18,815 nucleotides of DNA. Origin: Candidatus Fervidifonticultor secundus. Lineage in GTDB: Bacteria > Sysuimicrobiota > Sysuimicrobiia > Sysuimicrobiales > Humicultoraceae. This document shows, piece by piece, positions 7,994 to 15,075 of the stretch; position 1 is the stretch's first letter, and each line of letters opens with the position of its first letter. Made by a program: the position numbers and the translations under genes. The notes below the pieces were generated by a model, which saw only the letters and a program-made list of their open reading frames with translations, had not been told where the DNA came from and did not search any database. The stretch lies in contig JAVKIP010000034.1 in NCBI GenBank assembly GCA_031459385.1, positions 1 to 18,815 on the forward strand, in the 5' to 3' direction.

Positions 7994-8980
7994 ATGGCCC
8001 TCGTACTGACCCCCGAGCAGATCGACGCCTGCCTCACCTACGACGACGTGCTGGCAGCCCTGCGGGCCGGGTTCCTCGCCGAGGCCGAGGGGCGCGTCGC
8101 ACAGCCGGACCGCCTCACCACCGACGTCCCCTCCGGCTGGCTGCGCATCATGCCGGCGGTGGTGGGCGGCGACGGCGCGGGCTACATGGGCTGCAAGGTG
8201 ATGAACCTGGTGCGGGGCGCCGGTGTCCGCTACCTGATCCTCCTCTACAGCGCGGGCAGCGGCGACCTGCTGGCGGTCATGGACGCGGCGCAGATCACGC
8301 AGATGCGCACTGCGGGCGTGGCGGTGCTGGCCGCGCAGCGCATGCTCGACGGCCCGTTTGCGGTCCTGGGCGTGCTGGGCAGCGGCTACGAGGCGCGGGG
8401 CCTGCTGGTGGCCATGGCCGAGGCGTTCCCGTTCGCGGAGGCGGTCGTCTACAGCCCGCGACGGTCCAGCCGCGAGGCGTTCGCGGACGCGATGAGCCCG
8501 CGTATCGGACGGCCGGTCATGGCGGTCGACTCCGCCGAGGCCGTGCTGCACCGTACGCCCGTGACCGTGCTGGCCACGAAGAGCGCCACCCCTGTGCTCG
8601 ACGGCCGGCGGCTGCTCCCGGGCGCGACGGTGCTGTCCGTCGGGTCCACGCGGCTCGACCTGCGCGAGCTCGACCTCGAGTCGCTGCGGCGGGCGCGCTG
8701 GCTGCTCGTGGACTCGGTGCGCGGCGTGCGCACCGAGTCGGGCGACGTCCGGGCCGCGCTGGATGCGGGGGCGCTGGCCCCGGAGCGGATCGTGCCGCTC
8801 GCCGACGTGCTGCGTGACGGCCGGCGGCTGCGTGCGCATCCCGACGACGTTCTCGTCCTGAAGACCGTCGGCACCGCGATGCAGGACCTGGTGGTGGCCG
8901 GACGCGTCTACGAGCGCGCCCGGGCCCGGGGCCTGGGCACTGAGATCGGCCAGATCCCGCAGCTCAAGCCGTTCGCGTGA
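7994..8980 (+). CDS. Ornithine cyclodeaminase / mu-crystallin (imine reductase) family protein
   Basis: MALVLTPEQI start with GGAG RBS; LRIMPA, GCKV, ITQMRTAG, LGVLGSGYEA, VLATKSATPVL, KTVGTAMQDL. Confidence 0.92.
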   Translation: MALVLTPEQIDACLTYDDVLAALRAGFLAEAEGRVAQPDRLTTDVPSGWLRIMPAVVGGDGAGYMGCKVMNLVRGAGVRYLILLYSAGSGDLLAVMDAAQITQMRTAGVAVLAAQRMLDGPFAVLGVLGSGYEARGLLVAMAEAFPFAEAVVYSPRRSSREAFADAMSPRIGRPVMAVDSAEAVLHRTPVTVLATKSATPVLDGRRLLPGATVLSVGSTRLDLRELDLESLRRARWLLVDSVRGVRTESGDVRAALDAGALAPERIVPLADVLRDGRRLRAHPDDVLVLKTVGTAMQDLVVAGRVYERARARGLGTEIGQIPQLKPFA

Positions 8981-9025
8981 TCCCGCGCCGCGGCGGCGGC
9001 AGGGGGGGAGGAGGCGCAGCCAGGC

Positions 9026-9679
9026 ATGCCCGAGGCCATCCTCTTCTCGCAGATGACGCCCCCGCCCGACCTCGAGGCGGAGTTCGGCGACTGGTACGAC
9101 CACGAGCACGTGCCGGCGCGCCTGGCGATCCCGGGCTTCCTGGGCGCACGCCGGTACGTGGCGGTGCAGGCCGACCCCCGGTACGCGGTCACGTACTCTC
9201 TGGCCGGGCTCGGCGCGCTGCACCACCCCGCCTACGTCCGCCTCAAGGACGCGCCAAGCCCCCGCACCGCGCGGATGCTGGCGGCGGTGCGCGGCTTCAC
9301 GCGCTACGTGGGGGAGGAACTGGCGCGCCACCGGCGGCCCGACGCGCCGGCGGGCCCCGAGGCCGCGCCGTACCTGTACGCGGTGATGTTCGCGGTGCCG
9401 CCGGCGCGCGCGGCCGAGTTCGACCGCTGGTACGACGACGAGCACTGCCCGATGCTGTTGGCAAACCCGCACTGGTGGCAGGTCCGGCGCTATGCCATCC
9501 GGGAGGGCACGCCCGGCCCGTGGACGCATCTGGCCCTGCACTACCTGGCCGATCTCGCCGCACTCGACGGACCGGAGCGCGCTCGAGCACGGGCCACGCC
9601 CTGGCGCGCCCGCCTGGCGGCCGAGCCGTGGTTTGCGCCCCAAGGCGCCATCTACCGCGGGCTGCCTCCGGCATGGTAG
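9026..9679 (+). CDS. Tandem DUF4286/EthD-like (dimeric alpha-beta barrel) domain protein
   Basis: Two copies of the EFxxWYxxEHxP...RRY motif (EFGDWYDHEHVPARLAIPGFLGARRY and EFDRWYDDEHCPMLLANPHWWQVRRY). RBS GGAGGAGG upstream. Confidence 0.8.
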   Translation: MPEAILFSQMTPPPDLEAEFGDWYDHEHVPARLAIPGFLGARRYVAVQADPRYAVTYSLAGLGALHHPAYVRLKDAPSPRTARMLAAVRGFTRYVGEELARHRRPDAPAGPEAAPYLYAVMFAVPPARAAEFDRWYDDEHCPMLLANPHWWQVRRYAIREGTPGPWTHLALHYLADLAALDGPERARARATPWRARLAAEPWFAPQGAIYRGLPPAW

Positions 9680-9770
9680 TGGGGGGCGCAGCAGGCCCGA
9701 GGGCCCGGCCGCACGACGGTCGGAACGAGCGGCGCGGCAGCAGAGGGCGCGCGCCGGGGGAGGAGGGACG

Positions 9771-10346
9771 ATGCTGGCGGTCCGCAAGTGGCTGACAGTC
9801 GTTGAGGAAGTGCACGCCGAGATGGGGCGCGGCGACGGCGGCCCGCCGCTGCGCAAGGCGGCGGTGTGCGCCGTGGTGCGCAACCCCCATGCCGGCCGCT
9901 ATGTGGAGGACCTGGGCGACCTGGTCGGGGCGAGCGCGGCGCTGGGCGACGAACTCTGCCGGCGCGCCGCGGCCGCCCTGGGCGCGCCCGTCGAGTCCTA
10001 TGGCAAGGGTGGGATCGTCGGGATCGACGGCGACCAGGAGCACATCAACGCGCTCCTCACCACAGTCTTCGGCGACGTCATGCGCGCCCACGCGGGCGGC
10101 GGCAGGGCCTGGATTCCTTCCATGACCAAGCGGGGCGGGCCGGGCGAGCGCATCGATATCCCGCTGGCCTACAAGGACGCCCTCTACGTCCGTTCGCACT
10201 ACGACGGGATCACCGTGGCCGTCCCGGATGCACCCGGCCCCGATGAGATCGTCGTGGTCGCCGCCTACGCCAACCGCGGCCGGCTCAACGCCCGGCTAGG
10301 TGGCCTGCGCAAAGAGGAGGCGACGGCCGGCGATGGGCTGCGCTGA
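9771..10346 (+). CDS. Amino acid synthesis family protein (AA_synth, PF06684 / DUF1185)
   Basis: ATG 9771 after GGAGGAGGG. Family motifs VRK...VEE, AVVRNPHAGRYVEDL, ESYGKGGIVG..GDQEH, IDIPLAYKDALYVRSHYD, DAPGPDEIVV. Confidence 0.9.
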   Translation: MLAVRKWLTVVEEVHAEMGRGDGGPPLRKAAVCAVVRNPHAGRYVEDLGDLVGASAALGDELCRRAAAALGAPVESYGKGGIVGIDGDQEHINALLTTVFGDVMRAHAGGGRAWIPSMTKRGGPGERIDIPLAYKDALYVRSHYDGITVAVPDAPGPDEIVVVAAYANRGRLNARLGGLRKEEATAGDGLR

Positions 10347-11529
10347 CCCGGCCGCCACCGCGATCGTCAACATCGGCACCATCGTCACGGGCCGGCTGGA
10401 GGCGCCGTTCGCGGACGGCGACGCGGTTCTCATGGTCGACGGCACCATCGCCGCCATCGGCCGGCGCGCGGACCTGGACCTGGAGCGGGCGGTGCTGGTG
10501 ATCGACGCCGGCGGCGCGACGCTGGTCCCGGGATTGATCGACTCGCACTGCCACGTCGTCATCGGCGACTACACGCCGCGGCAGAAGACCGTGGACTTCC
10601 TCGAGTCGTACGTCCACGGTGGCATCACGCGCGTCATCTCGCCCAGCGAGGTCCACGCGCCGGGCCGGCCCCGCGACCCCGCGGGCGTCAAGGCCCTGGC
10701 CCTGGCCGCCCAGCGCTGCTTCCTCCACTACCGGCCCGGCGGCATGACGGTCCACGGCGGCTCGGTCATCCTGGAGCCCGGCCTCACCGAGGCCGACTTC
10801 GCCGAGCTCGCCGCCCAGGGCGTGTGGCTGGCCAAGGCCGGCTTCGGCAACTTCACCCGGCCGCGCGACTGCGCGCCGCTGGTGCGCTGGGCGCAGCAGC
10901 ACGGTTTCGTCGTCATGTGCCACACCGGCGGAGCGTCCATTCCCGGCTCGTCGCCGGTGACCGCCGACGACCTGCTCGAGATGCTGCCCGACGTCAGCGG
11001 GCACGTGAACGGCGGGCCGACGGCCATGGCCGACGGGGACGTCGAGCGCGTCGTCACGCAGACGGAGATCGCGCTGCAGGTTGTCCAGGCCGGCAACCTA
11101 CGCTCGGCGCTCCACGTCGCGCGCCTGGCGCGGGAGGCCGGCCAGCTGGCCCGCCTGCTGATCGCCAGCGACACGCCCACGGGTACCGGGACGATGCCGC
11201 TGGCGGTCCTGAAGTCGGTGGTCGAGCTGTCCTCGCTCGGGCCCCTGCCGCCCGAGGTGGCGCTGGCCGCAGCCACGGGCAACGTGGGCCGCGTCTACCG
11301 GCTCGAAGCGGGCATCCTCGCGCCCGGCCGCCCGGCCGACCTGCTGCTGCTCGACGCGCCGCTCGGCTCGCACGACCGCGATGCCCTGCACGCCATCGCC
11401 CGCGGCGACATCCCCGCGGTTGCGGCAGTGTGCACCGCGGGCGAGCTGCGGGTGCTGGGCAGCCGCAACACCCCGCCGCCGACGCGGCCGATCCGGGTGA
11501 TCAGGGACGCGACGCGGCGCTGGTCGTGA
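10333..11529 (+). CDS. Enamidase-like amidohydrolase
   Basis: PGLIDSHCH, GDYTPRQKT, PGRPRDPAGVKALA, HTGGASIPGS, GHVNGGPTA, SDTPTGTG, SRNTPP closely follow, from memory, Eubacterium barkeri enamidase (nicotinate fermentation). ATG 10333 overlaps the AA_synth gene end by 14 nt. Confidence 0.88.
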   Translation: MGCADPAATAIVNIGTIVTGRLEAPFADGDAVLMVDGTIAAIGRRADLDLERAVLVIDAGGATLVPGLIDSHCHVVIGDYTPRQKTVDFLESYVHGGITRVISPSEVHAPGRPRDPAGVKALALAAQRCFLHYRPGGMTVHGGSVILEPGLTEADFAELAAQGVWLAKAGFGNFTRPRDCAPLVRWAQQHGFVVMCHTGGASIPGSSPVTADDLLEMLPDVSGHVNGGPTAMADGDVERVVTQTEIALQVVQAGNLRSALHVARLAREAGQLARLLIASDTPTGTGTMPLAVLKSVVELSSLGPLPPEVALAAATGNVGRVYRLEAGILAPGRPADLLLLDAPLGSHDRDALHAIARGDIPAVAAVCTAGELRVLGSRNTPPPTRPIRVIRDATRRWS

Positions 11530-11614
11530 GTGGGCCCTGGCAGGCCGGCCGATGGCCAGGGGGGAAGCGCGAGGCCGAAGTCGGGCGTGAGTGCGCGGGA
11601 GAGGAGGAGCGGTG

Positions 11615-12646
11615 ATGAGCGCGGTGGTCGCCTTACCCTACACGCGGGGCGAGGCCAAGGAGTGGGCGCAGGCCACCTGGCACGGCTGCTGCAACGTGGT
11701 GATGCCGACGTTCACCCGTGACTGCAGGCGGTTGAACGCCCGGGCCATCGCCCACGACGTCCAGCGCTCGGCGCAACTCGGCTTCTGGGGGACGCTGCTG
11801 GTCTCCGAGTGCGGCACCACGCTGGACGAGTACTGCCAGCTGATCGATATCGCCGCCGGCGCGCGGCCCAGGGACTTCCACCTGGTGGTCCACGGGTCGT
11901 TCGACGCGCTGGAGGACGTGATCGCCGCCTGCCGCTACGGCCAGATGCACGGGTGCAGCGCGGTGCTGCTGTCGTATCCGACCTATTTCTATCCGACCAC
12001 CGCCCGGGAGATCTACGACTACACGCGTGCGGTGGCCGAGGCCACCGACCTGGCCGTCATCCTCTTCGTCGTGCCGACGTGGAACTTCGCCCGCTTCCAC
12101 CCCAGCCAATTCCCTTTGGACGTGCTGGTGGAGATGTGCGACCTCGAGACGGTCGTGGCCGTGAAGTACGAGGCCGGCCAACCCGGCTTCTCCGGCATGG
12201 TCCAGGTGCACCGCCTGCTGCAGGGGCGAAGGGTGCTGCTGTCCGAGCCGATGGAGTACAACGGGCCGGCCTGCGTCGAGCTATTCGGCATGCAGTGGAT
12301 GGGCACGAGCGGCTACGAGTACTTCGCCGACCGTGTGCCGCGCTGGTTCCGTCTGCTGCGGGACGGCCACTTCGACGAGGGGATGGACCTGTTCTGGACG
12401 CTCCAGCCCGCCCGCCTAGCCCGCGGGCAGCTCCACGCCTCCATCGCCGGCGCCAAGCTCATCCACCGGACCGCCTGGAAGTACATGGGCTGGCTGAATG
12501 GCATGGCCGGCGGCCCCCTGCGGATGCCGACGATGCGCCTGGACGACGCGCAGATGCGCGCGCTGCGGCTGGGGCTGGAGCGCTCGGGGATCGCGCCGAC
12601 CGCCGACCCTGATGCTGCGTTCTTCCTCGGGCGCTTCCCCGAGTAG
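11615..12646 (+). CDS. Dihydrodipicolinate synthase / N-acetylneuraminate lyase superfamily aldolase (not canonical DapA)
   Basis: RBS GAGGAGGAG; PTF...LN..AI..DV, LLSYPTYFYP, AVAEATDLAVILF, Schiff-base Lys in VVAVKYE, GGPLRMP. Lacks the GTTGE motif of DapA. Confidence 0.85.
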   Translation: MSAVVALPYTRGEAKEWAQATWHGCCNVVMPTFTRDCRRLNARAIAHDVQRSAQLGFWGTLLVSECGTTLDEYCQLIDIAAGARPRDFHLVVHGSFDALEDVIAACRYGQMHGCSAVLLSYPTYFYPTTAREIYDYTRAVAEATDLAVILFVVPTWNFARFHPSQFPLDVLVEMCDLETVVAVKYEAGQPGFSGMVQVHRLLQGRRVLLSEPMEYNGPACVELFGMQWMGTSGYEYFADRVPRWFRLLRDGHFDEGMDLFWTLQPARLARGQLHASIAGAKLIHRTAWKYMGWLNGMAGGPLRMPTMRLDDAQMRALRLGLERSGIAPTADPDAAFFLGRFPE

Positions 12647-12718
12647 CGTGGGCTCGCCGTCCCCTGGCATCCGCGCAACCGCCGCCACCGCCGCCACCGC
12701 CCCGAGGGTCGCCAGGCG

Positions 12719-13495
12719 CTAGATCCCGATGTCGATGATCGCCGAGACGCCCACACCGGGCACCCGCCGGAACGCCTCCCAGGGCTTGAGGTTGTCTACC
12801 GGCACGTAGGCCTTGATGCGGAACGCCGTCTGGTGGTCCGCCTCCAGCAGGGCGACTGCCTGCACGCGCTCCAGCGCGGCCGGGGGGCCGGACACCTGGG
12901 CGGCGCCAATGTACGCGCTGCCCGGCGTCTGCAGCCCGATGGTGACGCTGAGGATCGGGACCACTTTCGTCTGGGCCTGGACCGCCGCGCCGCGGTTCTG
13001 TAGCAGCGTGTTGATGAAGCTGTTGATCGACGGGCCGAAGGTGCGGACCACGTAGCCGATGCCGAAGGTCTTGATGATGGTCACGAGCAGGTTGCTGCTG
13101 CCGGCGGGCGGCGCCACGGCCGGTGGCGCCTGGGGGACCGGCTGCGGGGGGACGGCGATGGCGGTTCCGCCGCTGCGGCCCAGGAACGTGATCTTGCGCG
13201 CCAGCACGTTCTGGCCGCCGAGCCAGGCACCCTTAACTTCGACGACGTCGCCGGGCGTCAGCCGGCGGATTCTGCGGTCGTCATCGTCGTCATCGAGTTC
13301 CCTGCGGATGATGAACACCGTCCACCGGGTCCCCCGGCCGAGTTCCTGCACCTGGAAGTTGCCGGCGGCGTCCTGCGCCACGATCACGCCGGTCAGGCGG
13401 ATGTGGTTGCCGTTGGCGCGCGCCGCCAGCGGCGCGAGCACCGATGTCCCGAGGAACACGACCAGAACCAGCGCGATCGCCCTTACGGATGTCAC
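12719..13495 (-). CDS. Secreted hypothetical protein: signal peptide, OB-fold/DUF5666-like region, Pro-rich linker, conserved-looking C-terminal domain
   Basis: GTG start with RBS GGAGGTG. Hydrophobic signal peptide ending ARA|N, LTPGDVVEVKG..VLARKI segment, PPQPVPQAPP linker, C-terminal TKVVPILS...YIGAAQVSGP...RVPGVGVSAIIDI. Confidence 0.8.
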   Translation of the reverse strand: MTSVRAIALVLVVFLGTSVLAPLAARANGNHIRLTGVIVAQDAAGNFQVQELGRGTRWTVFIIRRELDDDDDDRRIRRLTPGDVVEVKGAWLGGQNVLARKITFLGRSGGTAIAVPPQPVPQAPPAVAPPAGSSNLLVTIIKTFGIGYVVRTFGPSINSFINTLLQNRGAAVQAQTKVVPILSVTIGLQTPGSAYIGAAQVSGPPAALERVQAVALLEADHQTAFRIKAYVPVDNLKPWEAFRRVPGVGVSAIIDIGI

Positions 13496-13891
13496 GGCGG
13501 CTCACCTCCACATCGGGTGGGGCGTTCTGCCCCGGCACCTTCCTTACGTATGTGCCCACCCGGGGGGCCCCGCCGCAGCGGGAGGTGTGTAATCGGAACC
13601 GTTGACCTGAATCCGCCGGCATTTGGGGTTTGCCCGTGAGAATCCTGATTCGAGGCCCCGCCAGCAGTGCGGCACACAGCGTGTGAAGGAGAATTTGGCT
13701 GCTCACCAAATAACGTCGCCACGATCGCGGTGATCGGTGAAGCGACATTCCACCCGTTTCGGGGATCGGGTGTGTCATCGCCGAGGTCTCCGGCAACGCA
13801 CCAGTGCCTCCAGCATCCCAGAGATGCTGCTGGCGCATCAACCTCGCGGACTCCTCGAAACTGTGGTGGGTAGAGCGGACAGGGGAAGGAT

Positions 13892-14899
13892 ATGGCGGGA
13901 TATCTGGTAACCGGTGGGGCGGGATTCATCGGCGCGCACCTTGTGAAGGCCCTGGCGGGGCGCGGGACGCTGGTACGGGTCCTCGACAATTTCACGACCG
14001 GATCGGCCCGCAATCTCGCCTATGCCCTCGGCCGGGAGGAGATTGATCTTCCCCTGGAGGACCGTGAAGTGCTCCAGTATGAGAATGTGGAGGTGATGCG
14101 GGGGGACGTCCGCGATCCCGCCACCTGCGCCCAGGCATGTCGAGGGATGGACGTCGTTCTGCACCAGGCGGCCATGCGCTCGGTGCCGCGCTCGGTGGAC
14201 GATCCCCGGGGTGCCAACGAGAATAACGTCGTCGGTACCCTCAACCTGCTCATCGCGGCCCACGGGGCGAGCGTGCGGCGCTTCGTCTACGCGTCGTCGT
14301 CCTCGGTCTACGGCGACCTGCCAGACCTGCCCAAGCGCGAGGACCAGGTGCCGGCGCCGGTGTCGCCGTACGCCGCGTCCAAGCTGGCCGGGGAACACTA
14401 TTGCCGGGTCTTTGCCAGGACCTACGGCCTGTCCACAGTGTCGCTGCGCTACTTTAACGTCTTCGGCCCGCTCCAAGACCCCCAGTCCCAGTGCGCCGCG
14501 GTCGTGCCCCGGTTCATCCGCTGGACCCTGGAGGGCCATCCGCTGGAGATTCACGGTGACGGGCTCCAGTCGCGGGACTTCACGTACATTGACAATGTGG
14601 TCTCTGCCAATCTGCTGGCGGCAGACGCCCGCGGCGTGCACGGTGAGGTGTTCAACATCGCCTGCGGGGAGCGCTTCACCGTGCTGCAGATCGCCGATGT
14701 GGTGGAGGAACTGATCGGCCGGCGTGTTGCGCGGCACCACGCTCCGCCCCGCATCGGGGATGTCCGCCACACGCTGGCCGACATCACCAGGGCCAGGGCG
14801 CATCTCGGTTACGAACCCGTGGTGGGCTTCCGCGACGGGATGGCCAGGACCGTGGCGTTCTTCGTGCCGGCCTCCGCCGGGCCGGGAGGGACGAGATGA
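13892..14899 (+). CDS. NAD-dependent NDP-sugar epimerase/dehydratase (extended SDR, UDP-Glc/GlcNAc 4-epimerase WbpP-like)
   Basis: LVTGGAGFIG, HQAAMRSVPRSVDDP, YASSSSVYG, PYAASK (YxxxK), LRYFNVFGP, GDGLQSRDFTYIDNVV, GDVRHTLADI. RBS AGGGGAAGG. Confidence 0.95.
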   Translation: MAGYLVTGGAGFIGAHLVKALAGRGTLVRVLDNFTTGSARNLAYALGREEIDLPLEDREVLQYENVEVMRGDVRDPATCAQACRGMDVVLHQAAMRSVPRSVDDPRGANENNVVGTLNLLIAAHGASVRRFVYASSSSVYGDLPDLPKREDQVPAPVSPYAASKLAGEHYCRVFARTYGLSTVSLRYFNVFGPLQDPQSQCAAVVPRFIRWTLEGHPLEIHGDGLQSRDFTYIDNVVSANLLAADARGVHGEVFNIACGERFTVLQIADVVEELIGRRVARHHAPPRIGDVRHTLADITRARAHLGYEPVVGFRDGMARTVAFFVPASAGPGGTR

Positions 14900-15003
14900 C
14901 CGTCTGCGTGGTCGGCGGCTGGGCTACGTTGGCTTCGTGACCAGCGTCTGGCTGGCCGAGCTCGGGCACACGGTCACCGCCGTGACGTGGACGGCGAGCG
15001 GCG
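14896..15003 (+). pseudogene. Frameshifted, truncated N-terminus of a UDP-glucose/GDP-mannose dehydrogenase
   Basis: ATGA overlap with the epimerase stop and RBS GGAGGG. Reads MTVCVVG, frameshift, LGYVGFVTSVWLAELGHTVTA, frameshift, (V)DVDGER, matching the Ugd-family N-terminus (VxGxGYVG...LAExGHxVxxxDxD). Similarity stops just before the tRNA promoter. Confidence 0.8.
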
Positions 15004-15033
15004 ACTACGGGGTGGCGGCCGCTCCCGCAGTCG

Positions 15034-15062
15034 TTGACCGCCCCGGGGCCCGTTGCTAGACT
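15034..15062 (+). promoter_or_regulatory. Sigma70-type promoter of the tRNA-Phe gene
   Basis: TTGACC (15034-15039), 17-nt spacer, TAGACT (15057-15062) with extended TG at 15054-15055, 13 nt upstream of the tRNA. Confidence 0.8.
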
Positions 15063-15075
15063 ATCCCTCGCAGAC

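Noticed and set aside
7679..9883. 734-aa minus-strand ORF
   Set aside because: Antisense to the OCD, DUF4286 and AA_synth genes, with no recognisable motifs.
12678..12701. Short tandem repeat (ACCGCCGCC, about 2.7 copies) between convergent genes
   Set aside because: Too short and GC-rich to be meaningful. There are no spacers, so it is not CRISPR, and no U-tract to call a terminator.
13600..13645. Minus-strand GGGCAAACC resembling the start of a c-di-GMP-I riboswitch
   Set aside because: The required downstream GNRA-capped stem and GGNCGCAAAGC-type segment are absent.
13863..13873. GTGGTGGGTAG as a possible ops/JUMPstart element before the epimerase
   Set aside because: It does not match the GGCGGTAG core and no JUMPstart context is visible.
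13290..14013. Minus-strand ORFs 13290-13841 and 13492-14013 spanning the intergenic region
   Set aside because: They overlap real genes, have no RBS or motifs, and show atypical composition.
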